Shown one piece after another: positions 7,202 to 20,000 of a DNA stretch of 20,000 nt (position 1 is its first letter; each line of letters starts with the position of its first letter). The notes under the pieces were generated by a model. That model saw only the letters and a list, made by a program, of their open reading frames with translations, was not told the DNA's origin and did no database searches. Source of the stretch: an uncultured virus (IMG/VR IMGVR_UViG_3300047678_000102). Taxonomy: Duplodnaviria > Heunggongvirae > Uroviricota > Caudoviricetes. Location of the stretch: the IMG/VR virus record IMGVR_UViG_3300047678_000102; one strand, 5' to 3'. Both the position numbers and the translations under genes were made by a program.

Positions 7202-8320
7202 TTATAATAATCCAGCCGTCGGAGACCCCATTGGACCACCAGACCAAACAGTAGGATCTACTCTAAAACAAACCGCACCGCTATTACTTACTATTCCCAT
7301 TTTCTGTCCATAATCTCCAGAAGCGAATCCATTTGGATTAAATAATCCACTAATAAGTGTAATTTGCCCACTTCTCCCTACCCACACTGGAGATCCTATA
7401 GATCCTGAAAATAATCCTAATCCACTAGTAAATTGAAGAACCCCATCAGTATATACATTACATTGTATCCCACTTAATACATTATCCCAAACGACTCCTA
7501 TAGCTGGCATTCTACCTGATACAGATGCCATAGCAATTCTAATGTGCCCAGACTGAGTTATGTGAACCGCTCTGACACCAGAGATTATTTCTTGCGTCAT
7601 ATTGGTTACATTTGTCCCACTTGCATAAGTAGAAACATATTGAGATATAGAAGCAATGGTCCCACTACTAAGGTGATATGTGCTTAGTTGTCCAGATTGA
7701 ACATTACCTGATACAATACTACCACTACCAACACCTATTAAAACTGCTTTATACCCACTCCCATCGGAGAATATTTGCACCCCCTGATTAGAAGGTAGTG
7801 TTAGAGAAGGCAGACTGTTTATTGACGATCCGCTAACTGGTGTTATTGTCAAACCGCTTTGGGAATTGTTGACTACTGTGGTCAACCAATGGGGGCCAAA
7901 ACTAGCAGTGTCTCCATTCAATGCACCTAAAAGAATACCAGATATTGATCCGCTTGCATAAAACGATACTAATGCTGCTCTGTCAACTTGACCAAATGTA
8001 TAAAGATTGTTCCCTGATTGATTATTTACACCACCAACAACATTTGCAATTGCTTGAGGTGTAACTAGAGGAACAGCTGCGGCCCAATCGTTGTGAGCCA
8101 TCTGCACACTATTTTCAGCACCCCTTGCAAGAATGTTAAAAGTAGGTCCAGATCCTCCTTGCAAAATTAAAACTTCTGCATCAATAATGGTGCGGAATTG
8201 ACCAGAGATATCAGTTGGCCAATTATTAACACCAGATTGAATAAGAAGAGTGGAAGCCCCAGATGTGAGTCTTCCACTCAGATTTGCAATAGCACCTAGT
8301 TTATACAGTTCAGCAGTCAT
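7202..8320 (-). CDS. Putative virion structural/decoration protein, very Ser-Gly-rich
   Basis: 27 SG dipeptides in 372 aa; the C-terminal MPAIGVV...GSPVWVGRSGQIT...QKMG resembles capsid-cement-like domains. Confidence 0.65.
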   Translation of the reverse strand: MTAELYKLGAIANLSGRLTSGASTLLIQSGVNNWPTDISGQFRTIIDAEVLILQGGSGPTFNILARGAENSVQMAHNDWAAAVPLVTPQAIANVVGGVNNQSGNNLYTFGQVDRAALVSFYASGSISGILLGALNGDTASFGPHWLTTVVNNSQSGLTITPVSGSSINSLPSLTLPSNQGVQIFSDGSGYKAVLIGVGSGSIVSGNVQSGQLSTYHLSSGTIASISQYVSTYASGTNVTNMTQEIISGVRAVHITQSGHIRIAMASVSGRMPAIGVVWDNVLSGIQCNVYTDGVLQFTSGLGLFSGSIGSPVWVGRSGQITLISGLFNPNGFASGDYGQKMGIVSNSGAVCFRVDPTVWSGGPMGSPTAGLL

Positions 8321-8323
8321 TTA

Positions 8324-8994
8324 TTATATTCCAACAATGCCAAAACCAGATTCTTCCACTATAGTAGCAAACATTCTTTCCCATGCATGGGTCTTTGACG
8401 GTTCTTGAACATCTCCAAATTCTAATTCATCTGCAAATTTAATTGGATTGTGTTTGGAAAAGAATTCTTTGAATATTTTAGCACGAACCACAAAAATTGT
8501 ACCAGCTATATACTTCATTGGTCTGTTTTTGTCAAAATCAAACATCTGACAATAGTTTCTATGTTCGTGGGTGCTTCCATTATACATCTCACAAAAAAGC
8601 CATTTACCACTCCCAATCATCCCTAATTTATCATATCCAAACATACAATTTAATTTATCTTGATTAAGTAATGGTTTAAAAAGCTCATTTCTTCTTTTAG
8701 GAGTGTTGGATTTACTATGGCACTGAAAAATTATATCCCCATTTCCTCCATTTTGTATCCACTCATTAATCAGTCTTAAATCAGTCTTAAATTACCACCA
8801 CAATCTTTCCCTTGATTTGGACTTTTAATTACTTTGGCCGATGGGAAATCTTTAAGAATAATATGATCAAACAAATCTGATTTATCATGCACAAGATTGA
8901 AATACATCTCATGAAACTGTAAACTATTCAAATACCCCCTGATTTCATCCCATTGGTCTAAATAATATAAATGACAGAAACAAACTATTTGCAT
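8324..8994 (-). pseudogene. RgpF-like (rhamnan synthesis F) glycosyltransferase interrupted by an 11-bp tandem duplication
   Basis: HLYYLD, NQGKD.GG, HSK, AGTIF, HAWERMF motifs are spread over two ORFs; removing one repeat unit fuses them in frame. Confidence 0.85.
8768..8789. repeat. 11-bp tandem duplication (AATCAGTCTTA)x2
   Basis: Read directly from the sequence. Confidence 0.95.
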
Positions 8995-8996
8995 AA

Positions 8997-9497
8997 TCAA
9001 TTATTCTCTTTGTGGCCAATTGCATAAATATCTTGACCGTCCCTTATCTCAATTGTCGTCTTCTTAAATACAGACATCCAGTCTTTTAATATATTAGGAT
9101 GGACGTTTTGATAATATTCGTTTTGTTTAAGAACATACCCATCAGCACCGTGGGGTTGTCTACCTAATGTAGCAGCAGTAAGAATAAATACCCCATCGTC
9201 TTCTAATATATCAAAAGCCGTTTGACAGATTTCTTTCCCATAAGATGTGTGTTCCAAACATTCTGTACTAATTACTGTATCAAATTTCTTTCCATCTTGG
9301 GGTCTCCAAGTTGCTCCATCTGCAATCAAATCAACACCATTTCCTGGTATAATATCTATGCCAAAATATAAAATTTCAGCAGTGAATAAATCTCTACAAC
9401 TACCATTCACATTCTTTGAACCAATTTCTAATACACTCTTTCTCGGTTGAAGATGTTTTAATGTTCTTCTAACAAAATCGTAAGCTTCAATGTGCAT
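8997..9497 (-). CDS. Class I SAM-dependent methyltransferase
   Basis: VLEIGS..VNG, YFGIDI, FDTVISTECLEH, L..DGVFILT. Confidence 0.9.
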   Translation of the reverse strand: MHIEAYDFVRRTLKHLQPRKSVLEIGSKNVNGSCRDLFTAEILYFGIDIIPGNGVDLIADGATWRPQDGKKFDTVISTECLEHTSYGKEICQTAFDILEDDGVFILTAATLGRQPHGADGYVLKQNEYYQNVHPNILKDWMSVFKKTTIEIRDGQDIYAIGHKENN

Positions 9498-9508
9498 TAA
9501 AATCTACC

Positions 9509-11326
9509 TTAAAAATCCTGGGTATTGTAACACAATCCTAAAGAAGAAGCAAATTCTTGATAATCTTTAGGATCAGATGTATCGTGCCATAAATGAGAAT
9601 CTGATTTCACCCATTTACCCAATCCTGGAAATTCCCACAAAGCAACTCCGTTTTGATCTCCAACTCCCCATTTAAGTAATCCCAAACACTTATCATACAT
9701 CAATTTTTCAACCCATAACCAAGAAGCATTTTTTGCCTCCTTTTCTAATTGGTCAACCAAGGCATACCATCTTGGGACATGCAAAGCTATACATTCTGTC
9801 CTCAGCCCCCAAGTCGGATCACATGTTCCTGAATAAGTAGCATGCATAGTCGTTTTAATTATTTCCCGAAGGCTAGGTCTCCAATCTTTTTTAGGGACAA
9901 ACCTTCTTGACATTTTAATTAAAACATCTAATTTCTTAGCTTTTGCCCATCTAAGCCCAGTAGCAAAAGCAGTAACATCTCCTCTAGTATGATTTAAATT
10001 AGACTCATTACAATAAAAATCAACCCCATATTTTTTACATAACCCAAGCAAATCGTTTTTTTCAGGACTACAGTCATCAACAATCAGTGTTGGGACATCT
10101 TTGTAATATTTATTTCTAACTTCTAATGCCAAATGAATATAGGGTAAAGAACCATGCGTAGAAACCACCAATCCAAAACTAGGATTAAGAGACCAAAATT
10201 CTCTTTCTAATATTTGAGGACTTTGATGTTTGACAGTCAGTTCTGGGCACATTCTTTCAACTATTTCAACATTTTCTTTCAATCTACCGTCCCAAGGAGC
10301 TAACTCATATGCTTTACGGGCATATGCCAAACTCTCTGGTTTCAAGCCAATGTAATAAGCGGCAGTAGAAGTTAAATCATATGGGCCTTCGTTTTGCGCA
10401 TATGGTGTAGAAATATAACTAGTGGCTTTGGTTTCAATTTGCATCGCTCTTTTAGCCATTGCATATCCCATAGGATATCTATTTCTATTGTTATAAAATT
10501 TGGCAGAATTTATAAAAGGCTCTCGTAAATGAATTGCTTCGGCACAAGCCCTAAAATGCCACCTCTCTGCTTCTAAATCGTTTTTTAGAGCTTCATAACA
10601 TTTGGCTATCATTGACATACTCTGAGCACGCTCATCTTCCCAAGTAGCAGTAGGTAGTTTTACATGCCGAGTAAGTTCTTTAATAGCATCTGCCCATTTA
10701 CTTTGAAAAAATAGCTCTCTACCATAATAATGAGCCATTCTATCATTATTAGGATCTTCTTCAACTGCCAACTTCAATAATCCTAAATAATTACCTCTAG
10801 ACTTGGTTCCATCTGGATAATGTCTTACAGTAATATCTAATTCTGCCCAATTTTCATATCCAGGTTTGTCGCTTCTTCTTCTTAATATTTCATGGCAAGG
10901 AAGATACCATTCATAATTTTTGTCGTGTATTTTTTCATAAGTAAAAGAATGGCCATCAGATCCATCGGGTAGGATATTCCATACATACTTGTACCTAGCA
11001 CGGTTATGATGGGGTTTCCAAACACTAAGGATTCTATCCTTCCAATCAGGTTCAGAAACTACTTCGTCTAAATCTAAAGAGAGAAATATATCAGGATCTA
11101 ATATGCCACAAAGATTGATTGCTACATTTCTAGCAACATCAAACCTCCATGGTTTAATAATTTGTTGGTGTACTAATGCTCCTCTTGCTTTCAATTTCTC
11201 AACGGTTTTATCTGTACTTCCTGTATCTAATACAATAACTGAATCTGCTTGTTGAACACTATCCATAAAACGATCAACAAACAGTTCTTCGTTTTTAGAA
11301 ATCGCATAAACACAGACTTTTGACAT
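9509..11326 (-). CDS. Glycosyltransferase family 2 with TPR repeats and a second GT-like C-terminal domain
   Basis: YAISKNE, VLDTGSTDKT, FDVARN, LDLDE (DxD), CHE; TPR-like helices; second LIVDDCS motif. Confidence 0.9.
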   Translation of the reverse strand: MSKVCVYAISKNEELFVDRFMDSVQQADSVIVLDTGSTDKTVEKLKARGALVHQQIIKPWRFDVARNVAINLCGILDPDIFLSLDLDEVVSEPDWKDRILSVWKPHHNRARYKYVWNILPDGSDGHSFTYEKIHDKNYEWYLPCHEILRRRSDKPGYENWAELDITVRHYPDGTKSRGNYLGLLKLAVEEDPNNDRMAHYYGRELFFQSKWADAIKELTRHVKLPTATWEDERAQSMSMIAKCYEALKNDLEAERWHFRACAEAIHLREPFINSAKFYNNRNRYPMGYAMAKRAMQIETKATSYISTPYAQNEGPYDLTSTAAYYIGLKPESLAYARKAYELAPWDGRLKENVEIVERMCPELTVKHQSPQILEREFWSLNPSFGLVVSTHGSLPYIHLALEVRNKYYKDVPTLIVDDCSPEKNDLLGLCKKYGVDFYCNESNLNHTRGDVTAFATGLRWAKAKKLDVLIKMSRRFVPKKDWRPSLREIIKTTMHATYSGTCDPTWGLRTECIALHVPRWYALVDQLEKEAKNASWLWVEKLMYDKCLGLLKWGVGDQNGVALWEFPGLGKWVKSDSHLWHDTSDPKDYQEFASSLGLCYNTQDF

Positions 11327-11329
11327 TTT

Positions 11330-11338
11330 CCCCCCCCC
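11330..11338 (-). repeat. G9 homopolymer in the ribosome-binding region of the GT2 gene
   Basis: Minus strand reads TA-GGGGGGGGG-AAA-ATG. Confidence 0.85.
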
Positions 11339-11344
11339 TAAAAT

Positions 11345-12262
11345 TTAACATGTAATAAAGCCATATGTGACGGTGTACGAATAATCCCCTGCAAACGGTG
11401 TGGTTTTTAACTCTAATTTAACCCCCACAATAGGCCATACAATTCCCCTCGACAATGGAGAAGTCAACGTACCGCCTGTTGTTCCAGTAAAAGGTTGTAG
11501 AGTATCGTTAAAATCCACTTGTGATCCCGCCCCTGTAGCTGTTTTTACCCAAGTTGAACCAGGTCTATCCGTATAAGTTATTTGATAATCAAAAGCAGGG
11601 GGTATGACGTAATGGGTAGGAATGTTTTTGATAATGTACGAATCAATATTTTCTAATACATCACGCAATTTAGCTTGTGCCATTTTATGGTATTTCTCAA
11701 AACGCTCCACTCCTGTTGCACTGCGGCCAAGTGATGCTGCAGCACAAACAGTGGTTCCGGAACCACTAAATGGATCTAACACCATCCCATCAGATGGTAC
11801 TAATTTTTTAATCCACCAAGCACATAGGTCAAACAACGAATCGTTATTTTCACCATCATAATAACTTGGTTTTATCGTTGGTTTGTTTTTTTCAAACTTG
11901 TCAAACCATCTTTTAAGCTTGATAGGGTTTTCAATTACAACACATCTAAAATTACCACACGCCAAAACGTTACAAGAACCAATTAGATGTACTAAATCAT
12001 TCATTGCTTCTTGTATAATTTTCGCGTGTTGGCTACTAGACGGACAGAAAATGATTACAATTTTACATCCTGGCTTCACTATACGTTTACATTCAGTCAA
12101 TACGTTTCCCATCAAATCTAACCATTCTTTTGTATTCCAATGACCATATGGCCAGTCAAAATTAGGGCATGGGGGATCTGTCAAAACCAAATCAAATGAA
12201 GAATCCGCCATGCCCTTCATTTTTTGGAGACAATCTGCATATATTAAGAAAAAGTCACTCAT
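11345..12262 (-). CDS. N4/N6 DNA methyltransferase-like protein (beta motif order, DPPC) fused to a structural-like C-terminal segment
   Basis: ADCL..MK.M.D.SFDLVLTDPPC, VLDPFSGSGTT, ATGVE; the last ~95 aa are T/G/Y-rich and unlike an MTase. Confidence 0.8.
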   Translation of the reverse strand: MSDFFLIYADCLQKMKGMADSSFDLVLTDPPCPNFDWPYGHWNTKEWLDLMGNVLTECKRIVKPGCKIVIIFCPSSSQHAKIIQEAMNDLVHLIGSCNVLACGNFRCVVIENPIKLKRWFDKFEKNKPTIKPSYYDGENNDSLFDLCAWWIKKLVPSDGMVLDPFSGSGTTVCAAASLGRSATGVERFEKYHKMAQAKLRDVLENIDSYIIKNIPTHYVIPPAFDYQITYTDRPGSTWVKTATGAGSQVDFNDTLQPFTGTTGGTLTSPLSRGIVWPIVGVKLELKTTPFAGDYSYTVTYGFITC

Positions 12263-12267
12263 TGTTA

Positions 12268-16428
<4,161 letters not shown>

Positions 16429-16430
16429 GA

Positions 16431-16814
16431 TTAACCAATTAGACTATCACTTATGGTTTGGGTGTCTATTTTACAATTAAGTTTGGCTGTACATTCTCTG
16501 TATACATCAGCCAACACGCTACTATACCATTTTCCCCTCCCAGAGAGCGTCCTTTGCCCAGTAGAATTGAATATTTTAGCAATTTGTATGAATGAATGCC
16601 CTAAGTTATGTAATTCTACTAACTTATTTGTTATCATTTCTACAACTTTATTTCGATCTCCAAGTTTTTTATTTCTATATTCTGGGTCTTGCCATCTAAG
16701 TTTCGAAGAAACACTTTTTGCTTCTCTAGATTCTTTTGTATTGACTGCCTTTTTATGTTCCTCTGATTGATTCATTTTAACCAATCTTTCCAATTGTTTA
16801 CTTCTTCTTGCCAT
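16431..16814 (-). CDS. C-terminal DNA-binding part (recombinase-like HTH) of the split GIY-YIG endonuclease
   Basis: WQDPEYR repeat shared with the upstream [27 protein letters not shown] parallels the 6056-7183 C-terminus; GAGGAG SD before ATG 16814. Confidence 0.75.
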   Translation of the reverse strand: MARRSKQLERLVKMNQSEEHKKAVNTKESREAKSVSSKLRWQDPEYRNKKLGDRNKVVEMITNKLVELHNLGHSFIQIAKIFNSTGQRTLSGRGKWYSSVLADVYRECTAKLNCKIDTQTISDSLIG

Positions 16815-17440
16815 AACTTTCTCCTCATATCTTTCATATTACTTTTAAACTTTTGATCCTTCCACTGTTCTATTGCGTTTTTACTTCTTTTACACCTTTC
16901 TTCATCAGTATAAATCCTATCCCTGCATTGTTCGGAAGATAATTCAATTCTCATTTTCCGAAACTCAGGATCTTCCCAAAGCTTTTTAAGCTTTAGAGAA
17001 GCTCTTTCTTTGTGTAATTTCATATACTCTGGATCTTCATACATTTTCCTCATTTTATTAGAGAAAAACTCTCTCATTTCTGAAGTCCATACTTCTCCAC
17101 CCGGAGTTAAATTATACCCATTAGTATATGTATTTAATTTTGATATCCATTCAACTTCCTGTTTGGGTAACTCACTTTCTACATAACACCCACAAATATA
17201 GAATTTAAATGCCTGTAGTCCATAAATATCCCATTCCCGTTGCATAAAAACATTATCGTGAGTACCTCGTATTAAATACCTTAAATGACATCCCCATCGA
17301 CCACCAATACAATTTGAATACCCAACATATCCTCTGTTTGATCGTGTGTTCCACAATAAATAGACCCCACATTTATTTTTATGTTGTCTAAAACATTTTA
17401 GAGATATGTTGTCTATACATTCAAATTCATCTAAAATCAT
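16772..17440 (-). mobile_element. GIY-YIG homing endonuclease, N-terminal part
   Basis: CGVYLLWN...GYVGYS...RW..H, H.N..MQ.EWD.YG..AFKF, NGYNLTPGGE; ATG 17440 has a GAGGA SD (alternative TTG at 17461). Confidence 0.85.
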
Positions 17441-17453
17441 ATTTAATTCCTCG

Positions 17454-18866
17454 TCATCCAATCAAAGTATCACTTATTGTAGGTGTTGCAGAATATGGAA
17501 ATATAATTTCGCTGGTTTGCACGTCACTAAACATTCTAAAAAGTAGCGTTTGGAAAGTGTTTAATGTCCCACCCGCGCCACGGCTATTTGAATTAAACAC
17601 CCATGCATAGTCGCCTTGGATTAGATTAACCGACCCGCTATGTACCGAATAGAATGGTTCCCAAGTTGATAACTGAGTCATCACTCCCATTCCCATTCTA
17701 TCAAGATAGAAACTTGCTCCGTTAGTATAAGGAGTAGTTTGAGTAAATCTAAAATATTGGCTCGTAGGTAGTATTATAGGTGTTCTAAACACTCCAGTAA
17801 AGGCAGCATAATTTGTAGTGAGTGTAGATAAATCAATTGTAAACGAGTTGTTATTTCCAGCAGCGTCTGTTATGACATTGCTATTCTGATCAATTAAATC
17901 TACAGTAAGAATACCAGTAGCAGCATTACCATCTCTACGCATAAACAAACAAACAGAATACTGAGTTAATGGTAGTAATGTACCACTAGTACCATCTTGA
18001 CTATTTCCAAATTCTTGCTCTAATTGAATTTGTGTTACACCATTTCCTAAAAACTGTATAGATTCCCCTGGTCCATAAGTCAAAGATGCTTCTGCAAAAA
18101 TATTAGTTCCTGGAGTTCCAACTATAATATCCCAATTATCTGGAGTGTTAGCTATTGTATAAGTATCAAACCCACTATTTGTAAGTATATTACCACTTGC
18201 ATTATCTTGACTTCCGTCGATGGCGTTGATAAAATTTGTAGCATTACTACCTAATGGCCAGTTGAAGTCAAAAGGACTTGCAGCACCAGTACCAGTAATT
18301 GTAAGACCTTCATTACCAGCGGTCGCCCCACCGATATAAGAATCTTGTGTGCAAAGAATCTGTGTGGTTTCAGCAAATATATTTTGTAGAATCAAACCAT
18401 CTGTTGGCCGATTTACAGAAGTAATGACTATACCATTACCAACCCCAGTAAAATTTGGCCCTGGATTAGACACAATTTGAGGTATTGATGATACCGTCTG
18501 CTGTAGTATAGTTGCACCAGCAATTTTCATCTGTCTAATAACTTCATTGATAGAAGTTAATGTATTTAATTGCGTCAGTGTTAGAGATATCTGAGGATTA
18601 TCCCTAAACACCATTCTGTTAATTGTTTGATCTGCTACTTGTGAAGCAAGATTTCCAATAGAATCGGAATTCAACTGAGAAATATATGCACTACCAACAA
18701 TTGCTTGAATATCAGATTCTGCATTAAATTGCGCTACTATACCAGTAGTAGTGTTAGTTAGATTTTGTAGCTGTGCGGATTGATTGATCCTCATCTGACT
18801 GATAGATAATCCGCATTTTCCAAGTCTATTAAATAAGTTACCTGTCGCATTTGAGAACGAAATCAT
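17454..18866 (-). CDS. Putative virion structural protein with a carbohydrate-binding-like jelly-roll region
   Basis: T/N/G-rich; NILTNSGFD......PDNW pattern typical of CBM4/9-like domains. Confidence 0.6.
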   Translation of the reverse strand: MISFSNATGNLFNRLGKCGLSISQMRINQSAQLQNLTNTTTGIVAQFNAESDIQAIVGSAYISQLNSDSIGNLASQVADQTINRMVFRDNPQISLTLTQLNTLTSINEVIRQMKIAGATILQQTVSSIPQIVSNPGPNFTGVGNGIVITSVNRPTDGLILQNIFAETTQILCTQDSYIGGATAGNEGLTITGTGAASPFDFNWPLGSNATNFINAIDGSQDNASGNILTNSGFDTYTIANTPDNWDIIVGTPGTNIFAEASLTYGPGESIQFLGNGVTQIQLEQEFGNSQDGTSGTLLPLTQYSVCLFMRRDGNAATGILTVDLIDQNSNVITDAAGNNNSFTIDLSTLTTNYAAFTGVFRTPIILPTSQYFRFTQTTPYTNGASFYLDRMGMGVMTQLSTWEPFYSVHSGSVNLIQGDYAWVFNSNSRGAGGTLNTFQTLLFRMFSDVQTSEIIFPYSATPTISDTLIG

Positions 18867-18880
18867 ATATTATACTCACT

Positions 18881-19549
18881 TTAACCAGGATTTCCTGGGG
18901 AAACTTGCCTGGCACCAGTAACTTTACTTCCCTGAGCAGAATCTATTATATTTGTACCTTGATGAGTTGTAACAACACCAACATTTCTAGGAACTACTGA
19001 GTCGATCCAAGCGGGTCGTCCATAACTCATATAATTGAGAACATTTTTGGTGTTAAAATTTTTGTATCCATACACAAACACACCGCTTATACGATAAATC
19101 GGGGTTATTCCGTCATTCATTAATCTTATACTAAATGGTTCATAATGCGTTGCTAATAATATCCAATTCTTATCGGTGATAGCATCAGGATCCGGTATTG
19201 TAGGGGCGGTACTTATTCTACAAGCAGTCCACCTTGACATCCAAAATAACTTAGGAGCAGCGGTCTGAACGAAAGCAGCAGTGCCTCCATCGAATCCTTC
19301 TGGAGATGTAATTCCTAACATCCATCTATGGTAATTCACCTCGTATTTATTCATTATCTGATAATCAGTCCAAATTGCTAAATTGTCATCCGTAGCATCG
19401 TCTACAATTAAAGCAGAATAATCCGATGGGAATAGCTCAGATTCATTAATAGAAACCTGAGCTATTCCCGCTCCAATAGTATTTGCTGCAAGAGCAGCAG
19501 TACTTATACCCCCACCACCCCCACCGCCGACGTTACCTGGACTTGACAT
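18881..19549 (-). CDS. Hypothetical protein, probably structural
   Basis: 222-aa ORF tightly packed in the minus-strand operon. Confidence 0.7.
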   Translation of the reverse strand: MSSPGNVGGGGGGGISTAALAANTIGAGIAQVSINESELFPSDYSALIVDDATDDNLAIWTDYQIMNKYEVNYHRWMLGITSPEGFDGGTAAFVQTAAPKLFWMSRWTACRISTAPTIPDPDAITDKNWILLATHYEPFSIRLMNDGITPIYRISGVFVYGYKNFNTKNVLNYMSYGRPAWIDSVVPRNVGVVTTHQGTNIIDSAQGSKVTGARQVSPGNPG

Positions 19550-19552
19550 CGT

Positions 19553-20000
19553 TTAGTTCTTTCCTAAAACACCAGTTTCAGCTTTGCTTGGACTTTCTTT
19601 CTTTCGCCCTGCTGTGCCAACCTGTAATCCTTGACCAAACTGACCAGTAAATTGATTGATTTGAACATTTTTAAGACTTGGATCGTAATATGCACATGCC
19701 GCTAACACCACTCCTAAAGTGCCGCCTGGACTATATGTTGGTTGTGTTCCAAAAGTGTCCCCCTGTTTATAACTTCCAGGTGTTGCTGTCCAAGCAGTCA
19801 ACCTAGTTCCAGCGTCTGCAAGTTTTCTTGCGTCAACATTCAGTAAGTTCCTAGGTGTAAGAGCAGCAACACCTCTTACTCTTACTTTGTTTTCATACAT
19901 ATCGACCTCAACTTGAATTTCATTCATAGCAGCAATAGCTTCCTTACCATTTATTTGAAGATGTTTATTCGCACCATTACCCATTGGTTTGTTAATGAGT
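19553..20000 (-). CDS. Hypothetical protein, 5'-truncated at the window edge
   Basis: The frame stays open upstream of ATG 19984 to the edge (LINKP-MGN). Confidence 0.7.
   Translation of the reverse strand, partial: LINKPMGNGANKHLQINGKEAIAAMNEIQVEVDMYENKVRVRGVAALTPRNLLNVDARKLADAGTRLTAWTATPGSYKQGDTFGTQPTYSPGGTLGVVLAACAYYDPSLKNVQINQFTGQFGQGLQVGTAGRKKESPSKAETGVLGKN

Overview
AT-rich, densely coded segment that looks like part of a large tailed-phage genome (or prophage). A planctomycete-like host is a tentative inference only. 1-3158 (+): small membrane and zinc-finger genes, a stand-alone SbcC/Rad50 C-terminal half and a subtilisin-type protease, ending at a perfect 20-bp hairpin. 3213-20000 (-): a virion-structural and glycosylation region (Ser-Gly-rich proteins, a 1386-aa collagen-like fibre, GT2-TPR, methyltransferase, RgpF-like gene broken by an 11-bp duplication), interrupted by three endonuclease genes and a DNA methyltransferase-like gene. 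Two observations stand out. (1) A phage RF1-type peptide release factor (PxT motif) has GGR instead of the universal GGQ and can only be fully translated through a prfB/RF2-style +1 frameshift (AGG GAC TCT CTT TGA). (2) Two GIY-YIG endonuclease cassettes are each flanked by a synonymously recoded duplicate of the start or end of the neighbouring structural gene. All calls come from reading motifs by eye; no database search was run.
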